The translations under genes and the position numbers were made by a program. Below are positions 27,075 through 36,749 of a stretch of 64,000 nucleotides of DNA, piece after piece (position 1 is the stretch's first letter; the number at the start of each line of letters is the position of its first letter). This stretch comes from Gemmatimonadales bacterium (GTDB taxonomy: Bacteria > Gemmatimonadota > Gemmatimonadetes > Gemmatimonadales > GWC2-71-9): positions 3,360,001-3,424,000 of the forward strand of contig OZ252244.1 in NCBI GenBank assembly GCA_965249575.1, in the 5' to 3' direction. Below the pieces are notes generated by a model that was given only the letters and a program-made list of their open reading frames with translations, was not told where the DNA came from and did no database searches.

Positions 27075-28560
27075 AGTCGCCCGAATCACGGCCGAGCGCA
27101 CTGAGATCGAAGACAAGCTCGCGGTGACCGCCGCGCAGTACGAGCGGGAATTGGCGGAGGCACGAGCCACGCGGGAACGTGCGGACGAAGCGTATGCCGA
27201 GGAGCAGCGTCGACTGGAAGAGCATCTCGACCAGCAGATCGCGGCTCAGGCGGAGTTACAGCAGCGCCTCCGCGAGGAGCAGGAGACGCTCGAGCAGTTG
27301 CGGACCGGGGCGGCCCTCGGTGTCGCGGAACCGGTGGCGGCACCCTCCGAGCTCACTCGCGATCAGCTCGAAATGATCCGGTTCCGTTCGATCATGGATC
27401 AGGCGGGCGAGGCCGTGATTCTCTCCGACGTCAAGTCGAGCGAGATCATCGACGCGAACGAAACCGCGTGTAAGTGGCTGCGACATCCGCGGGAAGAGTT
27501 GATCGGGATGTCGGCGAACGATATCGACGTTGGCTTCCCGCTCCGGCCGCCCGATCTGCTCGATCTGACCCTCACCGAGACGCGCGACCTCGCGCGCCCG
27601 ATGGTCTTCGACGGCGGCAAGCATCGGAGGCGGGACGGGAGCACGTTCCCGGTTGAGGTCTCGATCACCCGGCTGGCCTACGGGACCGAGGACTACGTGC
27701 TCGCAGTGGCGCGCGACATCAAGGGCCGAAAACGGGCTGCCGACGAGCTGCAAGAGAGCGAGGAGCGTTACCGGAGCCTGTTCGACTATACGCGAGACGC
27801 GGTCTACATCATCACCCGAGCGGGTGAGGTAGAGGAAGCCAACGACGCCGCACTCAACTTGTTTGGCTACACCCGCGAGGAGTTCGTCGGCCTGGATGCG
27901 CGCCGTCTCTATGTTGATGCCGACGACATTCGCAAGTTCCAGCAACAAATGGCGAACAAGGGCGTCATCATCAACTTCGAGTTGACCCTCACGCGTCGGG
28001 ACGAATCACAGGTGCGGTGTCTGCTCACTGCAAGCCTGCGGCGGCGTGGGGACGGAGCGATTCGCAGCTATCAGTGTATCGCCCGGAAAATACCGAACCG
28101 CATCAGCGATCCGAAGATCGAGCCGGGGAAGGAGCTCAGTGCGGAGCTCGTGGACGCAGATGCCTCTGTGCTGGTGATCTTCGACGACGAAGTGGTACCG
28201 GCCGAAACATCGCAGATCCTGGAGCGCGCGGGCATTCGGGTTCTGACGGCGCGGAGCGGGCGTGAGGCCGTCGACCGGTTCCGGGTGCATCACCGCGAGA
28301 TCGCGGCGGTGCTCATGGGGGTTCCGGCGGGTGAGTCGAGCGTCAAGTCGACCTTCGCCGAGATCAGACGGATCGATCCGGACAAGCTCGTGGTGATCGC
28401 CGCAGGTGAAGCCGACGAAGAGCTTGGCGAAGACGTGACCGGCGGCGGCCCAGTGCGCTACATCCCCAAACCGGTCCACCCGCTCGCGCTCATCCAGCAC
28501 ATGCGGGAGATCGAGGGTCTGAACTGGCCTCATCCGCCCGCGCCTTACACGCCAGGCTGA
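27016..28560 (+). CDS. Coiled-coil-PAS-PAS-pseudoreceiver protein, probably 5'-truncated
   Basis: Frame open from 26992 (RTIGQLDGELQFARAE...), first start only at 27124. Two PAS domains (HRRRDGSTFPVEV..ARDI; SEERYRSLF); receiver with Gly at the phospho-Asp position (AAVLMGVP), YIPKP. Confidence 0.75.
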   Translation, partial: RTIGQLDGELQFARAEATREVARITAERTEIEDKLAVTAAQYERELAEARATRERADEAYAEEQRRLEEHLDQQIAAQAELQQRLREEQETLEQLRTGAALGVAEPVAAPSELTRDQLEMIRFRSIMDQAGEAVILSDVKSSEIIDANETACKWLRHPREELIGMSANDIDVGFPLRPPDLLDLTLTETRDLARPMVFDGGKHRRRDGSTFPVEVSITRLAYGTEDYVLAVARDIKGRKRAADELQESEERYRSLFDYTRDAVYIITRAGEVEEANDAALNLFGYTREEFVGLDARRLYVDADDIRKFQQQMANKGVIINFELTLTRRDESQVRCLLTASLRRRGDGAIRSYQCIARKIPNRISDPKIEPGKELSAELVDADASVLVIFDDEVVPAETSQILERAGIRVLTARSGREAVDRFRVHHREIAAVLMGVPAGESSVKSTFAEIRRIDPDKLVVIAAGEADEELGEDVTGGGPVRYIPKPVHPLALIQHMREIEGLNWPHPPAPYTPG

Positions 28561-28650
28561 GCGCCGCCGCACGATCCAGGTACTGAACCCTCGCCTTCCA
28601 GTCCAACCCCGCGCCGCATATCTTCCTGCGGCGTTTTGTCACGATATCCC

Positions 28651-28724
28651 GGGTGGTTAGCTCAGTTGGTTAGAGCGCCGGTCTCACATACCGGAGGTCA
28701 CTGGTTCGAATCCAGTACCGCCCA
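28651..28724 (+). tRNA. tRNA-Val (anticodon CAC)
   Basis: Acceptor GGGTGGT/ACCGCCC-A, D arm AGCTCAGTTGGTTAGAGC, anticodon arm CCGGT-CTCACAT-ACCGG, T arm GGTTCGAATCC. CCA not encoded. Confidence 0.95.
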
Positions 28725-28979
28725 TCGAAAGGCCAAGTGCTTCAACTCGGCACCTATCGGGCCCGACGATTTGAGCCTCGATCCGGTGAGGATCTGCCGC
28801 AGAGTCTGTCAAACGATCCGACCGCTGCAACTCTGACCTTTACTCCCACTCTTCCCCCTTTTAACCTCGGCCTGGGCCGACCGCTTCCACGTTCCGCGGG
28901 AAGCTCGCTGCGCGTGGGGGCAAACACTGTCTATCTTGATGAGGTTTTTTTTTGCCAACCTCTAACAAATAGGAAGGAT

Positions 28980-30139
28980 ATGCTGCAGCCGACCGGACAC
29001 TGGTTTGTGTTCGTCGCTGTGCTCTTTCACCTTGGCGCTCGTGAAATGACCGCGGCCCAGGGCGAAACGTCCGGTATCGCAATCGACTCCGTCCCCACCC
29101 CAGCGGCACCGGATAGTTCGGCAACCTCGAGGGATGATGGTCCGTATTTCTACAAAGGGCTGTCCTACGGAAGCGACGCCAACATAGGGCCTCTGGACGT
29201 TCTCTTGAACAGGGGCTTCGCGGTTGCCCAACAGAGCGGCAGAAACCGCAAGATCTTCGACTATCGGTACGGCACTCGCCATGTCGCCAACTCATTCGCG
29301 CACCCCCTCGAGGCGATCGAACGGGCCGGTGGGTGGTGGGAGGTCATCAGTACGGAAGTCCTCCCGCTCGCCTGGGGGACCGGTTCTATGAAGTGGGCTC
29401 CCAACTACTTTGGGCACGTCATCGAGGGAGGCATCGCCTACCGGCAATTGTGGGAGTGGTTCGAGGCCCGAAATGTCCGGATGCCTGGACTACTGTCGGG
29501 AGTCACTACCATGGCGGCTGCGATGCTGAACGAACTATATGAGCATCCGTACCTGCAAATCGGTTCGGCGTCGACGCTCGTTGACCTTCTCCTCTTTGAC
29601 ACCGGCGGAATCCTCCTGTTCTCAAACGATAGTGTCGCAAGGTTTTTCCCCCGCTCCTTGAAGGCCAATGTGTGGCCCACCCAAGCGGCCATCACGCTCC
29701 CTGACGGACAGATCATGAACAACGGGAACAACCTCACTCTCAAGTTCCCGCTGAGTCCGATCCCCAGCACGTCGATCTTCATGCGAACCGGTCTCAACGC
29801 CCAGCTCGGGCTGACGTTGCACAGCGCCGGGGGGTTGGACTTCAGTGCCGCGGTGGGGATGGATGCCATCCGCATGCTTATCGATCCGGTGACGGGTGAA
29901 GAGACGGCGGACCTGAAGATTGCCGGCAGGTGTTCGTGGACCGGAATGGTTCGCTGCTTGCAAGTGCATATTGGAGCGAGTTTGGGGATCGACGCCTGAG
30001 CGTCAACGTCTATCCCGGAGTCATACCGGTGGCTGGTGGCACCTTTGGTGCCTGGGCTGTCCTGACGGAGAGCTCGGGAATACAGCTTGGGCTCTCGAGC
30101 CGGCATACGTGGGGAGCGGGTTTCGGCTATGGGCGGTAA
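28980..30139 (+). CDS. Hypothetical exported/outer-membrane protein with a frameshift near 29925
   Basis: AGGA RBS + ATG 28980, signal peptide, WAPNYFGHVIEGG, LNELYE. The beta-rich C-terminus continues in ORF 29930..30139 (VFVDRNGSLLAS...GAGFGYGR). Confidence 0.6.
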
Positions 30140-30221
30140 CTGGCGATCTCTACTGGTCCCATAGCGTTTGAGCCTCCTACTGACCTCGGATGAGCGGGGG
30201 CACGATTAACCACGCGGGAGA

Positions 30222-31187
30222 TCACTCGAGCGTGGCGTAGATCGTCTCGACGAGCTTGAGGTCGCGCTCGGCAATCTCGAAGCTCAGCGCCGGCTCCTTG
30301 CTGGAGCGTAGAGCCCCGAGGAAATCCTTCCACATCCCGCGATAGCCGGCGACGTCACGCAGGTTGGGAATAGAGAGGCGTCGGTTGCGGCCGTGGACGG
30401 CGACAAAGAGGCCGTTTGTTTCAAACGTGATCGACCCCTGCGTACCGGAGATACGTGAGAGCCGTAAGCCGCGAAGCAGGGACGGCACCTCCCACGAGTA
30501 GTGCAGCGTCCCGATCGGGCCACCGCTGTATTCAATCACGACGAGCATGCTTCGATCGGGCTTGCCGTCTCGTCCTGGCTGAAAGCCCCGAATGGACTCG
30601 ATCGAGAAGCCGAGATTGCTTAGGAAGTCGATCCAGTGAATGCCGCCCTCGAACAGCGCACCGCTTCCCGAGACGGCTGGATCGTCGCGCCAGCCCTGTG
30701 TCCGCTGCATTCGAAGTGCGTTGACTTGCAGAAAGAGCGGGCGCCCCACCACGCCGTCACCGAGTAGATCGCGCAACACTCCCAAGAGGGGCTTGTAGAA
30801 GTAGTTCTCCGCCACAAACATCCGGCGTCCCGTTTCAGAGCACACGCGCCGCACGGTGGCGAAGTCGGCGGCACGCAAGAATGGTGGTTTCTCGACGATT
30901 ACGTCCTTGCCAGCGCGCAACGCGGAGAGTGTGAGATCCAGGTGGCTCACGGGAGGAGTGGCGACCACTATCACTCCCACCGACGGATCGTGGATTGCCG
31001 CGTCATAAGATCCGAACGCGCCACGCCCCCCGAAGCGGGCGTTGTATTCCTGAGCTTTACTGAGCACACGACTCGCGTAGCGCATGTCAACATCTCTCGC
31101 GACCTTGGCGAGCGTCTTGCTGTGGGTGAGTGTCACCGATCCGCAGCCGAGAAAAGCTATCGAGATCGGTGAGTCACTCTGCCTCAT
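30222..31187 (-). CDS. Gfo/Idh/MocA oxidoreductase
   Basis: IAFLGCG, VATPP..H, VIVEKP, AENY, EGGIHW. Confidence 0.9.
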   Translation of the reverse strand: MRQSDSPISIAFLGCGSVTLTHSKTLAKVARDVDMRYASRVLSKAQEYNARFGGRGAFGSYDAAIHDPSVGVIVVATPPVSHLDLTLSALRAGKDVIVEKPPFLRAADFATVRRVCSETGRRMFVAENYFYKPLLGVLRDLLGDGVVGRPLFLQVNALRMQRTQGWRDDPAVSGSGALFEGGIHWIDFLSNLGFSIESIRGFQPGRDGKPDRSMLVVIEYSGGPIGTLHYSWEVPSLLRGLRLSRISGTQGSITFETNGLFVAVHGRNRRLSIPNLRDVAGYRGMWKDFLGALRSSKEPALSFEIAERDLKLVETIYATLE

Positions 31188-32812
31188 TGAGGGCCTCCGT
31201 TGGATGAGGCGGAAGCGACGTGTTCCCCAACACGGAGTGCGTTCGCGCAGATGGTCAGGGAGGGGTTAACGCCGCCGGCCATCGGAAGAGCACTCCCATC
31301 GACGACATAAAGATTCTCGAGTCCACGGAAGCGGCACTGTGGATCGAGCGGTGCGGACGAGGGATCGTCGCCCATCCGCACCGTGCCCAGTGCGTGGGAG
31401 AGCGTGAGGATCGGATGGACATAGCAGAACGCCGCTCCGGCGCTTCGTAATATGCGACGAGAGGCCGCAATAAGTGCTCGTCGGGCGGGGACGTCGCGAC
31501 GGGAGTAGCGGTGGTGAATGACCGCACGAGGGAGCCCGTATCGGTCCTGCGCGCTTGAGTTGAGGATTACGCGGTTCTCGGCCCGAGGCTGGTCCTCGGC
31601 GATTGCTACGAGGCCTATCATGTGCGATGTGGCCGCTGATGCCAGCCCCCCCAGCGGAGCCGGAAGTATTGACCGGAGGAGACCGGGTGGGGGCGGGTGG
31701 ATTTGCTGGATGATGCCGAGCTTCCCGGGGTGGGCGACGCTCTCGTGTCCGAAGTAATAGTCGAAGAAGCACAGCTGCTTGTGGAAGTCGCGTACTCCCG
31801 GTACGCGCCGTGGGAAGAAGCCATACACGATCGCGCTGCAATGGCGCATGAGATACCGGCCTACTGCGCCACCCGCCGGGTTCAAGTGATTCAGACCAGA
31901 GGAGAGCAGCAGGTGCGCCGTCGCCACCGCACCGGCTGCGAGCACGTACGTCCGCGCCCGGTAGGAGATCCAACGATGACGTGCCCGATCGTGACAGACT
32001 AATCGCGAAATTCTGCCCGCGTGCGTCTCGAACCGCACGGCGTGGGTGTTGGTCTTGATCTCGAGTCCACGGCTGATCAAGTGAGGCAACTGCGAGGACG
32101 CGGGGTCGTTCTTTGCGCCGAGTGCGCAGGCATACGTGTCACACGTTCCGCACCTGATACACGATCGCGGCCCCGGTCGGTAGTTGATAGCGAGCGGCAA
32201 CTGAGCAGGTTGGAGCCCCAGCCTGATACCGGCTTCCTGGATGCGCTCGGAAACCAAGCTCAACGGCTGAGCAGGCTGGGGATATGGCTTATTCCGTGCG
32301 GGCTCCGTAGGATCCGTGCCCGGAGCGCCCGACACGTCGAACAACTCTTCGGTTCGGGTGTACAGCGGCTCGACGTCCTGATAGGTGATGGGCCATACTG
32401 CGCCCGAGCCCCCGACGATACCGGGATCAGCATGGAAGTCCTGCTCACGGTACCGCAGCATCACGCCACCGAAGAACACCGCCGAGCCACCCACGCAGGA
32501 GGTACTGCCCACAGTCTTCCCCCTGCTATCGCCGAATATGCGGTATGCCGGATCGCCATTGAAGAACGGGGTCAGCTCGAGGGATCCCTCAGGCTCCCAG
32601 TTGCGCGGATCTCTCGGTACCCAGTCACCACGCTCGAGCATAAGAACGCGGAGGCCGGCATCGATCAACGGGCGGGCGAACAGCGTTCCGCTCAAGCCAC
32701 TGCCCACGACGATTGTGTCGTAACACGTTGAGTCCCTTGTCCACTCAGCGGAGCGACGGCTCGATTGGGACGGTCGTATGATGGAACTCCTAACCATTTT
32801 CCGTGGTCTCAA
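31184..32812 (-). CDS. GMC-family FAD oxidoreductase
   Basis: IVVGSG..G, LERG, CIRCGTC...C, VGRYLMRH, HALGTVRMG, GVNPSLTI. Start uncertain. Confidence 0.9.
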   Translation of the reverse strand: MRPRKMVRSSIIRPSQSSRRSAEWTRDSTCYDTIVVGSGLSGTLFARPLIDAGLRVLMLERGDWVPRDPRNWEPEGSLELTPFFNGDPAYRIFGDSRGKTVGSTSCVGGSAVFFGGVMLRYREQDFHADPGIVGGSGAVWPITYQDVEPLYTRTEELFDVSGAPGTDPTEPARNKPYPQPAQPLSLVSERIQEAGIRLGLQPAQLPLAINYRPGPRSCIRCGTCDTYACALGAKNDPASSQLPHLISRGLEIKTNTHAVRFETHAGRISRLVCHDRARHRWISYRARTYVLAAGAVATAHLLLSSGLNHLNPAGGAVGRYLMRHCSAIVYGFFPRRVPGVRDFHKQLCFFDYYFGHESVAHPGKLGIIQQIHPPPPGLLRSILPAPLGGLASAATSHMIGLVAIAEDQPRAENRVILNSSAQDRYGLPRAVIHHRYSRRDVPARRALIAASRRILRSAGAAFCYVHPILTLSHALGTVRMGDDPSSAPLDPQCRFRGLENLYVVDGSALPMAGGVNPSLTICANALRVGEHVASASSNGGPQ

Positions 32813-32837
32813 TCATATGGTCGCCCGGCGCTCGTTG

Positions 32838-33137
32838 TTAGGATTCACGATACATACTCCAATGCGCGACGCGTTCGTCGCGCGAACTGAGCACTCGCCG
32901 TACCAAGTCCTGCGAGGCGATGTTGCCGAGGTCGGGCACGACCAAGCCCTGCGTGAACATGATGCAGCCGTAGAATGACTGCTCGGGAGCAAACCGAAAA
33001 TGTTCCGCTGGCGCCTGCTGGGCCAGTCCCTGCAATCTGCCGACATCGCCAAATACCGGCGGAAACAGCACAAGCAGACCGGCGATGATGACGATGGCAA
33101 TCTGAAAATCAAAACCAACGACCACGTGGAGCACCAT
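32838..33137 (-). pseudogene. Possible internal remnant of a sodium:solute symporter
   Basis: DFQIAIVIIAGLLVL...LGNIASQDLVRRVLSSRDERVA resembles the SSS 'Q..QR..S' segment; no intact ends. Confidence 0.4.
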
Positions 33138-33168
33138 TCAAAAGCGACGATGGGGCGCCGAGCCATAG

Positions 33169-33199
33169 AGAGGCCAGGCCCCGAAGGGGCCTGGCCTCT
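33169..33199 (-). terminator. Strong hairpin, probable terminator of mscL-DUF481
   Basis: AGAGGCCAGGCCCC-GAA-GGGGCCTGGCCTCT perfect 14-bp stem (C-UUCG-G loop on the minus strand), 24 nt after the stop; weak U tail. Confidence 0.7.
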
Positions 33200-33223
33200 G
33201 TTCCTTTGAGTCTGGAACAGCGC

Positions 33224-34300
33224 CTACCGACCGATGCTGTAGGTCAGCGTCGTGGTGAAGAGCATGTCGTGCTTCTGGACACCAGCGCGCGGCCGATTGT
33301 TGATCTCGTTCCGCGCGGCCACGCGGAAGCCCAATCCTCTGAACACGGTCGTAGTCACGCTCGCGTCCGACACCAGCCGGTAGTCCTTGGCGTCGTCGAC
33401 GCTGGGCGACCAGTCGATGGCCCATGCGAGCACTGCGGGACCGGCCTGCTGGGTGAGACCAAGACCGGCGCCTACCGTCGCCGTCGAGGTACTTCCCCCG
33501 GAAGTGAACGCTTCGCGGCGGAGCCCCCCAGACGCGTAGAACCGCAGGTCGGTGGCGGGCGTCGCGATGAGCTGAATTCCGAGGCCCGCGTCGTAGTTCG
33601 ACCGCAAATCGATGTCCTGGAATCGGTCCCGTGCCTGAGCAGTCGATCCGAAGAAGAAGAGGCGGGGGCCGGCGAACAGGTCCGTGCGGAGGCTCCCGTA
33701 GTACTTGTCGACCGTTTTTTCGAGCGTACCGGTACCCGGATCGGACTCCTGGCGGGCCATGCCGAGTTTGAGTGCCAGGCGATCCTTGGGACTGACACGT
33801 CCGACGTCGAGCGTCGCCACCTGTCCGCGGGATCGGCTGTTGCCGCTTTTGTTCGAGAATCCAAAGCTCGTGGTAGCTCGCCAGAATCTCGAGAGCGGCG
33901 AGAAATAGCCGATCTCCAGTGGCTCGAGCACGGCGAGGTCGGCTGGATCCCCAACGGCCGCGATGTCGGCCGGGGTTACGGGCAGCGTGGAACCGTCGGT
34001 GCGGGACAATTGCAGTCGGCCACCGGCCGTCGAAACCACGGCAGCCAGAATTGTCCCGTCAACCAAACGCACTCCGATAGGGTTGCTCGTCGCGAACGAC
34101 GACACCTCGGCCGCGGCGATTCTGAGCTGTCCCCCTGCGTGCCCGAAAACCCATGCCCCGCCGTCGACGGAGACCAGGGCTCCGGTCAAACGGTCACCGT
34201 TGGCCAGTTCGAGCTGCTGCTGACCCTCGGCACTCTCCACGAACGGCAGCGTCAGTGCAAGCACCAGCCCGATCAAATGTGTTCGTGGCGTTCCACTCAC
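33224..34300 (-). CDS. DUF481/YdiY-like outer-membrane beta-barrel protein
   Basis: Signal peptide, LANGDRLTG, GFSNKSGNS, DRFQDIDLR, C-terminal TTTLTYSI. Start GTG 34300 or ATG 34354. Confidence 0.8.
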   Translation of the reverse strand: MSGTPRTHLIGLVLALTLPFVESAEGQQQLELANGDRLTGALVSVDGGAWVFGHAGGQLRIAAAEVSSFATSNPIGVRLVDGTILAAVVSTAGGRLQLSRTDGSTLPVTPADIAAVGDPADLAVLEPLEIGYFSPLSRFWRATTSFGFSNKSGNSRSRGQVATLDVGRVSPKDRLALKLGMARQESDPGTGTLEKTVDKYYGSLRTDLFAGPRLFFFGSTAQARDRFQDIDLRSNYDAGLGIQLIATPATDLRFYASGGLRREAFTSGGSTSTATVGAGLGLTQQAGPAVLAWAIDWSPSVDDAKDYRLVSDASVTTTVFRGLGFRVAARNEINNRPRAGVQKHDMLFTTTLTYSIGR

Positions 34301-34350
34301 TCCTAGGTCTCCTGCGGCGGTCGCGCCGTGATGGTTCGGGCGGCGTGCGG

Positions 34351-34806
34351 TCATGCGGCTGCCAACTCCGACGTGCAGTTGGGGCACCGCGTAGCCTTAA
34401 TGGGGATGCTGACGATACAGAACGGGCACTCCTTCTTGTCGGGCGGCGGTGGCGCCGCCTCCTCTTTCTTCTGGAGGCTGTTGATGCCCTTGATGAGCAT
34501 GAACACCGCAAAGGCCACGATCACAAAGCTCACTACGTTGTCGGCGAACACGCCGTAGTTGACCGTGACTGCTCCCGCTTCTTTAGCCGCATCGAGCGTG
34601 GCATACGGGGCGGGAGTGGCACCCTTCTTGAGGGTGACGAAGAGATCCGTGAATGTGACGTTCCCCAACAACAATCCTATTGGCGGCATGAGGACGTCAG
34701 AGACCATGGATTTGACGATAGTACCGAAGGCGCCACCGATGATGATGCCTACGGCCATGTCGACGACGTTGCCGCGCATGGCGAACGCCTTGAATTCCTT
34801 CAACAT
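34351..34806 (-). CDS. mscL: Large-conductance mechanosensitive channel with a C-terminal zinc ribbon
   Basis: [28 protein letters not shown]; tail CPFC...ATRCPNCTS. Confidence 0.96.
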   Translation of the reverse strand: MLKEFKAFAMRGNVVDMAVGIIIGGAFGTIVKSMVSDVLMPPIGLLLGNVTFTDLFVTLKKGATPAPYATLDAAKEAGAVTVNYGVFADNVVSFVIVAFAVFMLIKGINSLQKKEEAAPPPPDKKECPFCIVSIPIKATRCPNCTSELAAA

Positions 34807-34887
34807 GTTGAACTCCTCCGTGCGTGTTGGTTCGAGTGTAGTCGGGCCGCGCCGTGATGACGGGCGAGAATCACGCGGAGACGCCGA

Positions 34888-34904
34888 AGCGACCCGCGTA
34901 CCGC
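34888..34904 (-). promoter_or_regulatory. Possible sigma-54 promoter upstream of mscL
   Basis: GCGGTACGCGGGTCGCT = GG-N10-GC, with an AT-rich tract upstream; imperfect consensus. Confidence 0.35.
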
Positions 34905-35019
34905 CTCGTGAAGTGCTTATGTGACAATGTGTTGTGCAATCTCGCCGGAGCCGATCTGTCCCGACGTTCCATAGCGGTGCACCAACTTGGTTGGGGAATG
35001 GAGCCCCGGACGGGCCCGC

Positions 35020-35121
35020 CTACCGCAGGCGATGCTTCTTGAGCTTCCGGTACAGTGTGGTCCGCCCGATTCCCAGCTCGCGCACGACTCCGGTGAGATT
35101 GCCCTTATGCCGTTCGAGCGC
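35020..35121 (-). pseudogene. Orphan Fis-type HTH remnant of a sigma-54 activator
   Basis: ALERHKGNLTGVVRELGIGRTTLYRKLKKHRLR* with no start codon or upstream domain. Confidence 0.7.
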
Positions 35122-35276
35122 CGAGAGGGGTCAGGGCGGTTGATAATCCGCCTGCCGCCGAGCGAGGTCAAGGGGATCCGAAGCCGACTCGGAGCGTGTC
35201 TACGGTTGCGATGATTGCCGCGATCGTCGCTGCGATGAACGTAGGGCGACCCCCAGGGCTGCTGCCGAGCCAGGCA

Positions 35277-36659
35277 TCAGCCCTGGGGTCGCCTCCGATG
35301 CCAGTCGGTTTCCTGTTGAAAGCGTCTGCCTACGGTAAAGAGTACGTCCTCTCGATGGCGTCGTGCCAAGAACTGAAGGCCAATGGGGAGCCCGGTCGTG
35401 GTGAACCCGCACGGCAGCGACATTGCTGGAATACCGCCCATGTTGGCGAGTCCTGTGAGTCGGGGAAGCGCTCGCAATGCGGTAGTCTCTACGCCGCCGA
35501 CCCGGACAACGGCTTGTCCGATTCGCGGCGGCAGCGCGGGGAGCGTGGCTCCAACGAGGCAGTCGACGGTTCGGAACACCCGCTCGAAGGCGGCGACCAC
35601 CTCGAGGCGCTTGCGCTCCGCCCGAACGAACTCGACGGCAGTGAGATCGCGGCCCCGTGCGAGGCGCTGTCGCACGCTGTCACCGAAGGACGTTGGCTGC
35701 TCTCGGAGGCTCTGCTCGTGATAGGCGTAAGCCTCGCCGAGCGTGATTATGCCAGATGCCTCCGGGGTCCCTTCCAGCTCCGGCATCGACACCTCCGCAA
35801 CGTCCAGTCCTATTCGGCCAAGTAGCGCAATGGACTCCTCGACGGCAGCCTGAATCTCGGGGTCGAGGTCCCGAATCAGGTAGTCGCAAACCCCGATTCG
35901 AAGGGATCGTGGTCCGTCGTTGGGCGCTGTCTGGTAGCGCTTCGTCCGTCCACCCCCCGCCATCACGCCCAGCAGGAGCGCCGCGTCGTCGATCGAGCGG
36001 GCTAGGGGTCCCACGTTATCGAGCGTCCAGCTGAGGGGGATTACGCCCTCCGTCGGGACGAGTCCGCGGGTCGGCTTGATGCCTGTGATGCCGCAGCACG
36101 CCGCCGGAATGCGGATGGAACCCCGCGTGTCTGTTCCCACCGATCCATAGCCCAGCCCCAGGGCCACGGCCACCGCTGATCCTCCGCTCGAGCCGCCCGG
36201 AACCCGGTCGGGATTCCACGGATTGCGCGCTGGCCCAAAGTGTTCGTTTTCGTTAGTCACGCCGAGCGCGATTTCATGGAGGTTCGTTTTTCCCATAATG
36301 ATGGCGCCGGCGCGGCGGAGGCGCCGCACCACCGTGGCGTCGCGCCGGCCTCGCAGGCCCTGGCCGTAGATCCTGGACCCCGCCGTGGTGCGTGCATCCA
36401 CGGTGAGGATGAGATCTTTGACCGAGATCGGGACGCCATGCAGTTGCCCGATGTCCCTCCCCGCCGCGAGTTGCCGCTCAGCGCGGTTCGCAGCCGCGTG
36501 TGATCCTTCTACCAGCGTGATATAGGCGTTGAATTTGGGGTTGAGTTGGGCGGTGCGATCGAGGATCGCATCGAGGACGTCTACCGGGGAGACTTCCCGG
36601 TCCCGAATGAGGCGGGCGACGTCGACCAGATTGGTGTGCACCAGGTCCGAGCTCGGCAT
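35277..36659 (-). CDS. Amidase signature family protein (GatA-like)
   Basis: LHGVPISVKD, GKTN, PGGSSGGS, GTDTRGSIRIPA; no gatB/gatC nearby. Confidence 0.92.
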   Translation of the reverse strand: MPSSDLVHTNLVDVARLIRDREVSPVDVLDAILDRTAQLNPKFNAYITLVEGSHAAANRAERQLAAGRDIGQLHGVPISVKDLILTVDARTTAGSRIYGQGLRGRRDATVVRRLRRAGAIIMGKTNLHEIALGVTNENEHFGPARNPWNPDRVPGGSSGGSAVAVALGLGYGSVGTDTRGSIRIPAACCGITGIKPTRGLVPTEGVIPLSWTLDNVGPLARSIDDAALLLGVMAGGGRTKRYQTAPNDGPRSLRIGVCDYLIRDLDPEIQAAVEESIALLGRIGLDVAEVSMPELEGTPEASGIITLGEAYAYHEQSLREQPTSFGDSVRQRLARGRDLTAVEFVRAERKRLEVVAAFERVFRTVDCLVGATLPALPPRIGQAVVRVGGVETTALRALPRLTGLANMGGIPAMSLPCGFTTTGLPIGLQFLARRHREDVLFTVGRRFQQETDWHRRRPQG

Positions 36660-36749
36660 TGTCGCACGGGAATCTGGGGAGGGCCGCCGCGGAAACAAGG
36701 AGTCCACGGCCGGTGACTGCGAAGCATTGGACCCTAGGGGGAAGTCTGC

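Noticed and set aside
28725..33200. Genomic island integrated at tRNA-Val
   Set aside because: No integrase and no repeat of the tRNA 3' end was seen in the window.
35277..36659. Assignment as gatA
   Set aside because: No gatB/gatC adjacent and no GatA-specific motif recognised; left as a generic amidase.
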